A stretch of 64,000 bases of DNA, taken from Gammaproteobacteria bacterium (GTDB lineage: Bacteria; Pseudomonadota; Gammaproteobacteria; Eutrophobiales; Eutrophobiaceae). The first letter of the stretch is position 1, and the number at the start of each line of letters is the position of its first letter. A model generated the notes under the pieces. That model worked only from the letters and a program-made list of their open reading frames with translations, did no database searches and was not told the origin of the DNA. Shown here one piece after another: positions 48,093 through 57,594 of this stretch. Location: the NCBI GenBank assembly GCA_965116495.1, contig OZ220696.1:3232001-3296000 (forward strand), written 5' to 3'. The position numbers and the translations under genes are program-made.

Positions 48093-48931
48093 CCAATCTC
48101 CTGCAATTCGACCACGGCCCGTTGCAACAGCCCTGGGATAATCATGCGCCGATACTCTGCACTGCCGCGCACGTCATCGACAGGGTCGGCGGCCTCCATC
48201 AGTTTCCGGCCTGCCTGCCTGATTGTCTCCCCGGCCAGGTCCGAACCCGTCAGAATTTCATCTACTTCGGTCAGGTGCAAGGGTGTGGGACCCACCGAAC
48301 CGACCGCCACCCTGGCGTAACTGCATGCGCCTGCATCCAAGACCAGCACCAGGGAGATGGAAACAGTGGCGTAATCGCCGTGGGTACGGCTGAATTTAAG
48401 GTGTCTGGCCCCGGCGCCGGCAGGCTCAACGGGTAGCATCACTGCGCTGAGGATCTCGTCCTCGTCCAGGGAAGTTTCCAGGTAGTCCAGGAAAAATTCA
48501 TCAGCCGGGATCTGTCTTGTCCCCGACTGACCGGCCGCTACCAGCACGGCATTGGCTGCGACCAGGGCCCCGGGAAAGTCGGCATTTGGATCGGCGTGGC
48601 AGATTGCTCCCCCGATGGTGCCCATGTTACGGATTGCCGGATGGGCTATCTGCCTTGCGGCATCCCTGACGACGGCCGCGTTGCCCGTCAGCCTGTCATC
48701 CACGGCAATCTGCGCGTGGGTCGTCATGGCGCCGATACGTAATTCATCACCGGTTACCGTAATACCGGCAAGTTCATCGATGCGGCGCAGTCCGATAAGC
48801 GTCGAAGGCTCAACAAGGTCCGCATTCAGCATGGCCACCAGAGTGGCGCCGCCGGCGAGACAACGGGCCTCATCGTCGCCCGCAAGAAATCCAAGCGCTT
48901 CTGACAGACTGGTGGGTTCGACGTATTTCAT
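48089..48931 (-). CDS. FAD-binding subunit (CoxM-like)
   Basis: LAGGATL, IRNMGTIGG, HADP and DDVRGSAEYR motifs. Confidence 0.9.
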   Translation of the reverse strand: MKYVEPTSLSEALGFLAGDDEARCLAGGATLVAMLNADLVEPSTLIGLRRIDELAGITVTGDELRIGAMTTHAQIAVDDRLTGNAAVVRDAARQIAHPAIRNMGTIGGAICHADPNADFPGALVAANAVLVAAGQSGTRQIPADEFFLDYLETSLDEDEILSAVMLPVEPAGAGARHLKFSRTHGDYATVSISLVLVLDAGACSYARVAVGSVGPTPLHLTEVDEILTGSDLAGETIRQAGRKLMEAADPVDDVRGSAEYRRMIIPGLLQRAVVELQEIG

Positions 48932-48999
48932 GAGCAGTTCCCAATAATGTAGAGCATTTATATTATACGCCAGTTATTCATACACTATATCTCATCAGA

Positions 49000-49133
49000 C
49001 TGGGGACGGAATTAATTCCGTCCCCAGATAATTTGAAATTCTCAAAATTTATGGGTGTCCCAAATTAACGCGCTGCACAAATTTATGGGTGTCCCAAATT
49101 AACGCCGTCATTCCGGCGGAAGCCGGAATCCAG
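49000..49133. repeat. Intergenic repeat cluster
   Basis: Perfect 28-bp palindrome CTGGGGACGGAATTAATTCCGTCCCCAG (49000-49027); 27-bp direct repeat AAATTTATGGGTGTCCCAAATTAACGC (49045-49071, 49079-49105); REP CGTCATTCCGGCGGAAGCCGGAATCCAG (49106-49133). Confidence 0.85.
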
Positions 49134-49150
49134 TCGAAAAAACGTTACAA

Positions 49151-49984
49151 TCAGGAATCAAAAAAGTTCAGTACGACCCGCTCGAATTCTGCCTGGTGTT
49201 CCACCTGGGCCCAGTGGCCGCAGCGCTGGAAGATATGCATGCGCGCATCCTGCATCCTCTTCAGCAACTGCAAGCCGACCTCCAGGGCGCCGCCCTTGTC
49301 TTCCTGGCCCCAGATTAACAGGGTGGGGCAGGCGATTTGGTCCAGTTCGGAATATAGATCGCGGCGCGGCAGACCCAGAAGACGCATCTGTCCAGGGTCC
49401 TTGCTAGCCTCGAAGCGTTCCTGCAGGGTTTCATCACTGACCCAGGAGGAGTCGTATAACAGGCTTTCCACCAGTCTCCGCATCTTGTCCAGGGTCGGTC
49501 CTTCACCGGCATAGTAATTAAAGATGTTTCTCAATGCTTCCTGGGGCTGCGGTTGAATGACGATGCCTGCAGAAGTGGGTTGGCTGCCGATGAGCACCAC
49601 GTGTTTGATCCTTTCGCCGTTAATTCGCTCAAGTCCGAGTGCGGCCTGGCCCCCCAGGGAATTGCCGATGATATCCACGGCGCCCTCAATATCCAGCGCG
49701 CTGAGGAAAGTGTCAATCATTTCGCCCATGAAATCGAAGAAGTCTTCGCTGCATCCGTCGGGAAATTCGGATTTACCGTAGCCCGGCATGTCCATCATGA
49801 TCATACGGCGTCCGGCGCCGGTAATAACCGGGATGTTCTGCTTGAAGTTGCTCCAGGCTGTGGCCCCGGGACCACCGCCATGCAGGCACAGGATCGGCTC
49901 ACCTTCGCCCACGTCATTGTAATGAATGTTTACTCCCTTTACGGGGACAAACAGGCTGGTGGAAGATCCGGTTATAGCGGACAT
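49151..49984 (-). CDS. Meta-cleavage product (C-C) hydrolase, MhpC/BphD-like
   Basis: LHGGGPGA..WSNF, GNSLGG, WGQED and CGHWAQ.E motifs. Confidence 0.88.
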   Translation of the reverse strand: MSAITGSSTSLFVPVKGVNIHYNDVGEGEPILCLHGGGPGATAWSNFKQNIPVITGAGRRMIMMDMPGYGKSEFPDGCSEDFFDFMGEMIDTFLSALDIEGAVDIIGNSLGGQAALGLERINGERIKHVVLIGSQPTSAGIVIQPQPQEALRNIFNYYAGEGPTLDKMRRLVESLLYDSSWVSDETLQERFEASKDPGQMRLLGLPRRDLYSELDQIACPTLLIWGQEDKGGALEVGLQLLKRMQDARMHIFQRCGHWAQVEHQAEFERVVLNFFDS

Positions 49985-50095
49985 AGTTGTAAGTTCCTCC
50001 TCATTATTATCTGTTGGTCTGCCTGAACTTTCGTTGCTACCACGTAGGGTGCAGGGAAACCGGTTGTCTAACCCCGAAATTTCCGTGGCCGGATT

Positions 50096-51547
50096 TCATA
50101 GAGTTGATTCTGCCACAATTTGTTTAACTGCCCTGAAAATATTTTGATACCCGGTACACCGGCACAGGTTGGCCGAGAGCATCCTGGTGATCTCCTCCTC
50201 CGCCGGTGCAGGATTCTGCTCCAACATTGCCGCGATCAGCATGATGAATCCCGGGGTACAGAAGCCGCACTGCAGGGCGTGGTTGTCGCTGAACGCGCGC
50301 TGGATCGGGTGCAGGTCTTCAGCGTCGGCCATGCCTTCAATCGTGCGGATTTCCTTACCCTCGGCCTGCACGGCGAACATCAGGCAGGCGCGCACCGGCG
50401 CGCCGTCAACGATGATGGTACAACTGCCGCACACCCCGTGCTCGCAGCCTACGCGGGTACCGGTTAGCCCACACTCCTCGCGGATCACGTCTGCCAGTGT
50501 CTGTCGCGCCTCCACGTTAACGTGGTAATCCTGTGAATTGACGTCCAGCCTGAGCGGGATTTTACCGGCGCCTGGAATCAAACTTATTTTCTCTACGTCA
50601 TTCCGGCGCAAACCGGGATCCAACGGAAGAACAAGCCTTGAATTAGGCTTATTTTCGACTGGATTCCGGTTTGTACCGGAATGACGGTTATCACCCCGCG
50701 CCGCTTCAAGCGCGCGTTTTACCACGGTTTTAACAATCTGGCGCCGGTAATCCACCGGTGTCTGTGCGTCCTCGAGTGGCGTGATCACGTCAGCGGCAAG
50801 TTCGGAGGCCGCCCGGATGTTCTCCTCGCTGAGTCGCCTGCCGTTGAGCATGTCCTCAACGTCCGTGAGTCGCCGCGGCACATCCTCCGCGCCGCCAAGG
50901 CCCAGGCGCACACCTGTCATGTCCCCTTGTTCCAGTGCAAACGTGACCAGACACATCGCCAGGGCAAAATCCCCGGCGCGGCGGTTGAACTCGTAAAATC
51001 CGAAGCGTTCGGCGCTGTGCGGAAGCGGCAGGTGCACCGCGCTGATCATTTCCTCAGGCTCCAGTATGGTTGTCATCGGGCCTTCAATGAACGTCCCGGC
51101 GGGTATTTCCCTGATGCGGTCCAGACTTTGGGCTATCACCGTCCCACCGAGGGTGACTGCTGTCAGGCACCACTCGGACGCGGGGTCGGCATGGGCAAGG
51201 CTGCCGCAGAAGGTGCCCCGTTGCCGTATCGGACAATGCGCGATATTATGGGCGACCGTTGGCAGCAGTTGCCCCAACGGGCCGGAGGTTACGGCATTAT
51301 GAAAATGGGCATGTCTGGCCAGGGCGCGGATCACCAGGGTTTGCCGTTCCAACCCGATACCCTGTAATGAGGATATCTCATTAATGTCCACCAGGTGGGC
51401 AGGGAAGGCGAGACGCAATGCCATCATGGGGACCAGGCTTTGCCCGCCTGCGATAATGCGGCCATCCTGCCCGGCTACCTCGGAGAGGATCTCCAGCGCT
51501 TCTTCCAGCTTACCAGGTCGATGGTAGATGAATGATGCGGGTTTCAT
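50096..51547 (-). CDS. Fused FAD-binding and (2Fe-2S) subunits of a molybdenum hydroxylase
   Basis: N-terminal AGGQSL/RGTFCGS/RRAGDFA FAD domain and C-terminal GCEHGVCGSCT/QCGFCTPG/CRCTGY domain in one ORF; the linker is built from palindromic repeats. Confidence 0.88.
   Translation of the reverse strand: MKPASFIYHRPGKLEEALEILSEVAGQDGRIIAGGQSLVPMMALRLAFPAHLVDINEISSLQGIGLERQTLVIRALARHAHFHNAVTSGPLGQLLPTVAHNIAHCPIRQRGTFCGSLAHADPASEWCLTAVTLGGTVIAQSLDRIREIPAGTFIEGPMTTILEPEEMISAVHLPLPHSAERFGFYEFNRRAGDFALAMCLVTFALEQGDMTGVRLGLGGAEDVPRRLTDVEDMLNGRRLSEENIRAASELAADVITPLEDAQTPVDYRRQIVKTVVKRALEAARGDNRHSGTNRNPVENKPNSRLVLPLDPGLRRNDVEKISLIPGAGKIPLRLDVNSQDYHVNVEARQTLADVIREECGLTGTRVGCEHGVCGSCTIIVDGAPVRACLMFAVQAEGKEIRTIEGMADAEDLHPIQRAFSDNHALQCGFCTPGFIMLIAAMLEQNPAPAEEEITRMLSANLCRCTGYQNIFRAVKQIVAESTL
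50596..50686. repeat. Inverted pair of CGTC-type palindromic repeats in the fusion linker
   Basis: CGTCATTCCGGCGCAAACCGGGATCCAA (50596-50623) and CTGGATTCCGGTTTGTACCGGAATGACG (50659-50686); encode LDPGLRRND and RHSGTNRNP. Confidence 0.85.
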
Positions 51548-51566
51548 GGCTTACAGTAACGGCATA

Positions 51567-51611
51567 TCATTCCGGCGTAACCCCGTCGTTCCGGCGTAAG
51601 CCGGAACCCAG
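51567..51611. repeat. Intergenic CGTC-type palindromic repeat (partial plus full copy)
   Basis: TCATTCCGGCGTAA followed by CGTCGTTCCGGCGTAAGCCGGAACCCAG (51584-51611). Confidence 0.75.
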
Positions 51612-51630
51612 TGAAAATATTCTCCTTGCT

Positions 51631-54057
51631 TTAACAACCCCCACATAAGTCTTCTTTCTTATATGCGTCGATTTCGATGTTCGGTGAGCGCCAGAGTGCA
51701 GAGGTCGCAGCATCAGGCGCAGAATGAATCAGGTCCCACAGCACAGCCGGGGTAAGGGGGGCCTGGTTGATCTTCACGGCAAAGGGCTCCAGCGCGTCTT
51801 CGACCGCGGCGATGACGGCGGCCGGTGTCGGAAGACAACCGGATTCTCCCACCCCCTTGACGCCAAGTTCATTGAACGGAGAGTGTGATTCAAGGTGGAA
51901 CAGGCTGACTTCAGGCATGTTATCCGCCGTCACCAGCAGGTAATCGGCAAACGTGGTGGTAACAGGTTGCGCGCTTTCATCGAAGCCCATCCATTCGAAC
52001 AACGCATTGCCTATGCCGTGCGCGATTCCACCGAGCACCTGCCCGTCGACAAGCATGGGGTTGAGTGTGCGGCCGCAGTCGTGGGCGATCAAAAACCGCA
52101 GGATAGTGACTTGGCCGGTATCGATGTCCACTTCCACCTCTGCTACGGCCGTGCCGTTTGCATAGACCATATCGTCAATGATCACGCTTTCAGTTGCTTC
52201 CAGGCCCGGCTCCATATCAGCCACCGGCAACTTGAAGCCCGGCAGTCCTGACGCCATGCGCGCCAGTTCCGCAAGCGTCAGTTTCCGGTCCAGCGCATCC
52301 TTCACGTACACGTCCCGGCCATTGATTTCCAGGTCATGCTCGGCCGCTTCCAGGAGACGGCTTGCCAGCCGCAGTACCTTGGCTCTCACGGCTCCGGCGG
52401 CGGCGTGGGCCGATGCGCCGGCGATAACGGTCTGGCGGCTGTTGAAGCCGCCGAATCCCAGTGGGGTGGCATCCGTATCCCCGCAGGTGACGCTAATCGA
52501 TGACAAGTCGCCGCCAAGCTGTCCGGCAACTATTTGCGCCAGCATGGTCTGTGTGCTTTGACCCATGGCTGTCGCCCCGCTGGCGACAACGACGTTACCG
52601 GAAGCGTTAATGCGCACCGTCACCGTTTCGTAAGGTCCGCGTCCGGTTCCCTCGACAAAATTTGCCAGCCCGATGCCGATATGGCGCCCCTTCTCCCGGG
52701 CGTCTTTCCGGCGTTGTCCGAAGGAGTCCCACCCTGCGTGCTTCAGCGCGAGTTCCTGGGTTGCCGGATAGTCACCGCTGTCCAGAATGACTTCGGTACC
52801 ACCCCGTAACCGGATCGATTTGCGGCATGGCATCTGGTCTTTCCTGACCAGGTTTCGACGCCGTATCTCTGCCCGGTCTATCGATAACCCGGCGGCCGCG
52901 CGGTCCAGCAACCGCTCCATGACGAACACCCCCTGGGGCTGGCCCGCGCCCCGTACCGGCGTGACAGGAACCTTGTTGGTGAGTACCGCGTAAACGTCCA
53001 GGTGATAGGCAGGAATATTATAAGCCAGGGGTAATGCGACTCCGGAGGCGTATGGCACGTTAAGCCCGCGTGCAGTACACGCGCCGTGATCGTGCAGCAG
53101 TGCGCCCCGTACGCCTTTGATTGCGGCATCATTATCGACTGCAATTTCGACATCCCAGTACTGGTCCCGTTCCTGGGTGGTGCTCAGAAAATACTCGTAA
53201 CGGTCCTGTATCCATGCCACCGGTTGTTGCAGAAGCGTCGCGGCCAGTGCGATCACCACTTCTTCCGGGTAGCACACCAGTTTTGGCCCGAAACCGCCGC
53301 CGACCTGGGGCGCCACCACGCGCACGCTCTCATCGTTGCGGCCGAGCAGGTCGCAGATAACACGTTTTACCCCGTGAGGGCGTTGTGTGGAGGTCCACAG
53401 GGTCAGGTGGTCGGTAGCGGGATCATAACCTGAAATGACGCCCCGACATTCGATGGAATGGGCGCCGCCCCGGTGCACGTGAAAGGATTCCCTGATGACG
53501 ACATCCGCCTGTCCGAATGCAGCGTCGACGTCGCCATAATCAAAATCGAAATGGGCTGCCAGGTTGTGGGATAGGGTCCTGTGGACGACCGGGGGCACTG
53601 AAACCAGGGCCTGGCGGCAATCGGCCACTGCATCCAGGGGTTCGTAGTCGACCTCCACCAGGTCTGCCGCATCCTCGGCCGCGTAACGCGAGGCGGCAAT
53701 CACTACCGCAACAGCCTCGCCGACGTAGACTACTTCATCTCCGGCCAGTACTGCCGGATCTACCTTGAGGCGGTAGCTCCCGCTGGGCAGGCCCGCGGCT
53801 AACCTGGCAGATGTCAGTCGGGGTGCCAGGTCCGCCAAGGAATATACGGCCACAACTTCGGGTGCCTGAGCGGCCGTCTCAGCATCAATTTTATTGATCA
53901 GTGCATGACTGTAAGGACTGCGCACAAATGCCGCGGACAAAGTCCCTGGCAAGTGGAGGTCGGCAATAAACCGGGCGTTGCCCGTCAATAACCCATGGTC
54001 TTCCAGCCTGCGGACTGACTTGCCCAGGACCCTGTCGCTCGGACTCAGGTTAGCCAT
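51631..54057 (-). CDS. Xanthine dehydrogenase-family molybdopterin-binding subunit (CoxL/CutL-like)
   Basis: RSPYSHA, GGGFGPK, PVRGAGQP, AMGQS and GVKGVGESG motifs. Confidence 0.92.
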   Translation of the reverse strand: MANLSPSDRVLGKSVRRLEDHGLLTGNARFIADLHLPGTLSAAFVRSPYSHALINKIDAETAAQAPEVVAVYSLADLAPRLTSARLAAGLPSGSYRLKVDPAVLAGDEVVYVGEAVAVVIAASRYAAEDAADLVEVDYEPLDAVADCRQALVSVPPVVHRTLSHNLAAHFDFDYGDVDAAFGQADVVIRESFHVHRGGAHSIECRGVISGYDPATDHLTLWTSTQRPHGVKRVICDLLGRNDESVRVVAPQVGGGFGPKLVCYPEEVVIALAATLLQQPVAWIQDRYEYFLSTTQERDQYWDVEIAVDNDAAIKGVRGALLHDHGACTARGLNVPYASGVALPLAYNIPAYHLDVYAVLTNKVPVTPVRGAGQPQGVFVMERLLDRAAAGLSIDRAEIRRRNLVRKDQMPCRKSIRLRGGTEVILDSGDYPATQELALKHAGWDSFGQRRKDAREKGRHIGIGLANFVEGTGRGPYETVTVRINASGNVVVASGATAMGQSTQTMLAQIVAGQLGGDLSSISVTCGDTDATPLGFGGFNSRQTVIAGASAHAAAGAVRAKVLRLASRLLEAAEHDLEINGRDVYVKDALDRKLTLAELARMASGLPGFKLPVADMEPGLEATESVIIDDMVYANGTAVAEVEVDIDTGQVTILRFLIAHDCGRTLNPMLVDGQVLGGIAHGIGNALFEWMGFDESAQPVTTTFADYLLVTADNMPEVSLFHLESHSPFNELGVKGVGESGCLPTPAAVIAAVEDALEPFAVKINQAPLTPAVLWDLIHSAPDAATSALWRSPNIEIDAYKKEDLCGGC

Positions 54058-54102
54058 GCCGGAACAGTATTCTCAACCCAGTTTCTACCCTCTGTGGCAT
54101 CA

Positions 54103-54729
54103 TCAAAGGGAGGTCAACGCTTCAACTTCGTGCAGTTTCATGACCTCCGTGTATTTCATTTTCATGTCAAACAGGTTGACATCGTGCTGTGTGACGGAAC
54201 GGTCTCCCACGCAGTCCTCGACGATCACGGGTTTGAAGCCATGGCACATGGCGTCAACGGCCGAGGCGCGCACACATCCACTTGTCGTTGCGCCGGTGAT
54301 GAACAAGGTCTTAATGCCCTTCATTGCCAGGGCGGATGCCAGGTGCGTTCCGAAAAAGGCGGAAGGGAAATGCTTGCGTATGATCAGGTCGCCGGGCTCA
54401 GGGAGCAGTTCCGGGACTACTTGGCTGAGTTCGGAGGTTTCAGTGAAATCCAGGCATCCCGGCACCTTGTCGGTAAACACGTTGGCGTCGGAACCGTCGT
54501 CGGCGTACACTACCCGTGTATAGCTGACCAGCCAGCCCCGTTTGCGGGCCAGCGCCAGCACTGTTCGGGCCTTCTCGATGGCCGGCCGGATGTTCCCCCC
54601 GCCGAATACCTGCGGGTCCGCAAAGCCGTTGATGAAATCCACTATCAACAGTCCTGCCGGCGGTAATAATTCAAGGCTCCGGCCGAAGCCCTGACCATCA
54701 TAAACTGTTTGTTCCGGATGCTTGCTCAT
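54103..54729 (-). CDS. Isochorismatase/cysteine hydrolase (maleamate amidase or N-carbamoylsarcosine amidase-like)
   Basis: IVDF, K..PSAFFGT and GATTSGCVRASAVDA motifs (D-K-C triad); start set at ATG 54729. Confidence 0.88.
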   Translation of the reverse strand: MSKHPEQTVYDGQGFGRSLELLPPAGLLIVDFINGFADPQVFGGGNIRPAIEKARTVLALARKRGWLVSYTRVVYADDGSDANVFTDKVPGCLDFTETSELSQVVPELLPEPGDLIIRKHFPSAFFGTHLASALAMKGIKTLFITGATTSGCVRASAVDAMCHGFKPVIVEDCVGDRSVTQHDVNLFDMKMKYTEVMKLHEVEALTSL

Positions 54730-54748
54730 TGAGGTCTCCTGTGTCGGT

Positions 54749-56242
54749 TCAGCTTTCCGATGCAGTGCGTGCTGCGTGCTCGCCGGCAATTTTACCGAAT
54801 ACAGAGCCGGACATCAGCCCGGTGCCGCCGGGATAGTTGAAATAAAACAGCCCGCCCACCAGTTCCCCGGCCGCGTACAGCCCCGGAACAGGCTGATAAT
54901 CCGTATTCAACACTCTGGCATCAGTATCTATACGCAGCCCGCCAAAGGTGAAGGTCACGCCGCAGGTCACGCCGTAAGCATGGAACGGCGGGATATCGAT
55001 GGTATTGGCCCAGTTGCTTTTCGGGACGGCAAGGCCATCGGTTCCGCGGCCGTCCTTGACATTGGGATTGAAGGGAACCGAGGTCTGCACTGCAGCGTTA
55101 TACGCCTTGATATGGGCCAGGGCGCCAGCCGGGTCCACGCCGTCGAGTTGCGCCAGCAGGCCCTCCAGCGCGTCGTCAACCGCTTTGGTAACCTGCTTGA
55201 TGCGGTACTCATCCCGCAACAGGTGCAGGACTTTACCGTCGAATACCTGGTAGGCGAAGTTGCCGGGTTGCTCCAGGATGACGCGGCCATATTTCGCATA
55301 AGTGTAGTTTCGGAAATCGGCCCCCTCATCGACGAAACGTTCCCCCCGCGCATTGATCATGATACCGAAGGGGTAGCTGTGTTTCTGGAAGGCGTCGCCC
55401 ACGGCAAGATCGCCGAATTCCGGCGCGTTACGGTCCCAGCCCACCGCGTGGCAGCCGGACCAGTTGCCGGCCGGGGAGGCGCCGATATCCAACGCCATCC
55501 GGATGCCGTCACCGACGTTGTAACGGCTGCCCCTGACCTTGGCCAGGTCCCAGCCGGGACCGAGGTAGCGGGTGCGCCACTCGCTGTTGGCCTCGAACCC
55601 GCCCGTGGCGAGAACCGTGTTACGTGCCTTAATGGCGCTTGTTCGACCCTCGCGGCGGACGAATGCGCCGCGTACTCGCCCGTCTTCGTGCAGCAATTCC
55701 AGGGCTCGCGTTTCATAACGGACTTCAATGCCCGCCTTGTGTGCGGCCATTGTCCAGGCTTCCATCAGGCCGGGGCCGCCGCCCCAGGCTTCCACCGTGA
55801 GGCCGCCCCAGAACTTGAATTTTCCGTTGACCTTGAAGGCCTGGCGGCCGTAAATGGGCGTAAAGCGGATGCCCTTGGCGCGCATCCATAACAAGGTCGA
55901 GCGGCTGTTTCTCACCAGCAACTCGCACAGGTCGGGATCGGTGCGGTAATCGGTAACCCGGCCCATGTCATCAAAGAACTGATCTTCGGTATAACTGCCG
56001 AAATCCGTGTTCGCCAGTTCTTCCTCACTGAGGTCCGGCATAAAGGACTTGAGGTCTTCCACACCATCATAGACCACCCGTATCGCTCCGGCGGTGAACC
56101 GGCTGTTGCCTCCCGCCTCATCTTCCGGCGAACACTCAAGTATTACGACTTTTGCGCCATGCTCCCGGGCTGCAAGAGCCGCGGCGAACGCGGCATTGCC
56201 AGCGCCGACTACCAGCACGTCACAGTCGGGTGTTGCGGTCAT
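54749..56242 (-). CDS. tcuA: FAD-dependent tricarballylate dehydrogenase TcuA-like flavoprotein
   Basis: VVGAGNAA, GGNSRFTAG, GGFEAN, RNYTYAKYG, TFTFGGL and NYPGGTGLMSGSVFG motifs; start set at ATG 56242. Confidence 0.85.
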   Translation of the reverse strand: MTATPDCDVLVVGAGNAAFAAALAAREHGAKVVILECSPEDEAGGNSRFTAGAIRVVYDGVEDLKSFMPDLSEEELANTDFGSYTEDQFFDDMGRVTDYRTDPDLCELLVRNSRSTLLWMRAKGIRFTPIYGRQAFKVNGKFKFWGGLTVEAWGGGPGLMEAWTMAAHKAGIEVRYETRALELLHEDGRVRGAFVRREGRTSAIKARNTVLATGGFEANSEWRTRYLGPGWDLAKVRGSRYNVGDGIRMALDIGASPAGNWSGCHAVGWDRNAPEFGDLAVGDAFQKHSYPFGIMINARGERFVDEGADFRNYTYAKYGRVILEQPGNFAYQVFDGKVLHLLRDEYRIKQVTKAVDDALEGLLAQLDGVDPAGALAHIKAYNAAVQTSVPFNPNVKDGRGTDGLAVPKSNWANTIDIPPFHAYGVTCGVTFTFGGLRIDTDARVLNTDYQPVPGLYAAGELVGGLFYFNYPGGTGLMSGSVFGKIAGEHAARTASES

Positions 56243-56621
56243 CGTTTTTGTACGGGAGACTTGGCTGAAGCGCAATGTAAGTTAATAGAGCATCCATTGA
56301 CTGTATTTTACAGGAATTTGCTTGAGACCGAATGATAGCCGTTCCAGGTTCCCCTTGATCACATTTCTAGCGCCCCCAGCAAGGTCCGGTGGGGCCGACC
56401 GGCCTGCCGGATACGGGAGATTTTGTGGTATAGTCAGGAGTTGATATGAACAACTATGACGGCATTGTGGATGCCATTCTGGCCGCGTACCCGGACACCC
56501 TGGCCGGGGTGCGGGGTATTATCGTGAATGGTCATAATGTAACTATAGGCGTTACATCGTTATAATTCAGGAGAAAACGATTCAAAGCTGACAACCGGCG
56601 CGTCACAGTCAGGCGCGAAGG

Positions 56622-57515
56622 TTACGGCACGATTCCTTTCGGCAGGGAAACGACGTGGTCGTAAATGGCGCCGGGGCGGGTAAACCAGACTCTGTCGGCG
56701 TTGGGGTGGTTGAGGATGTGCAGCAGGATATCCCGCAGGCCCGCGAGCCGGTAAGGCTGGCCCGAGACGAAAGTGTGCAGGGCCAGGCTGAAGACCAGGG
56801 GTTGTTTCCGGCCCTGGCGCAGTTGTTCGTCGAAATGCGCAGTGACCATACGGGTGAAATCGTCTGCGGTATGACGGCGCGTCAACTGTGCCGGGGAATC
56901 GTTGATTTCGATGTGGTAGGGGATCGATAGTATCGGGCCGGCCCGGGTGGTCATCCAGAAGGGTTGGTCATCCGCGCACCAGTCCAGCAGGTAACGGTAA
57001 CCGGCCTCCTTCAGCAGGTCGGGCGTGTGTACGCTTTCCGAAATCCAGGGACCCATCCAGCCGCCGGGTGTTTTCCCCTCGTGGCGGCGAAATGCCTCGG
57101 TGGTTTCCTCGATTAGTCGGCGTTCTTCATCCTCGGGACAGCCACCCTGTTCCTCGGAATTGGTGCGGCCATGGCCGATGAACTCATCCTGACGTGCGCG
57201 GATTCGGGCTGGGATCTGGGGCGCGTAGTCGTACACAGCAGCATTCATCAGGTGGCAGGCCGGCAGTTCAAGTTCGTCAAACAGGTCGAAAATGCGCCAG
57301 ATCCCAACCCGTAGGCCGTAGTCGCGCCAGGCATAATTGCGCACGTCCGGTGGTGTACCCGGGTTGGTAGGGGTATGTCCCAGGCCCTCACCGAAGCTGA
57401 AATGTTCGATGTTCAGGGCAAAGTAGACGGCCAGCCGCTTCCCGTCCGGCCAGTCGTAATCCGGACGTTCGGAGATGGGAGAGTAGTCGTACCTGTGATG
57501 TGGGTTAAGTTCCAA
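56622..57515 (-). CDS. Polysaccharide deacetylase family (PuuE-like) hydrolase
   Basis: RYDYSPI..RP...WPDGKRLAV, WRDYGLRVG, DW..DDQP, EINDS and LHTFVSGQP motifs; start uncertain (TTG 57515 chosen). Confidence 0.85.
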   Translation of the reverse strand: MELNPHHRYDYSPISERPDYDWPDGKRLAVYFALNIEHFSFGEGLGHTPTNPGTPPDVRNYAWRDYGLRVGIWRIFDLFDELELPACHLMNAAVYDYAPQIPARIRARQDEFIGHGRTNSEEQGGCPEDEERRLIEETTEAFRRHEGKTPGGWMGPWISESVHTPDLLKEAGYRYLLDWCADDQPFWMTTRAGPILSIPYHIEINDSPAQLTRRHTADDFTRMVTAHFDEQLRQGRKQPLVFSLALHTFVSGQPYRLAGLRDILLHILNHPNADRVWFTRPGAIYDHVVSLPKGIVP

Positions 57516-57594
57516 GCCGCTTGATCCATTACATTTTGAGCTACAGAATAATATCGTAAAAACGAATAATCCGCATATTTCACCAGGGGAAGCG

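Noticed and set aside
49045-49105. Possible mini-CRISPR (27-bp direct repeats)
   Set aside because: Only two copies with a 7-bp gap and no cas genes; it is a tandem duplication of a mobile-end-like motif.
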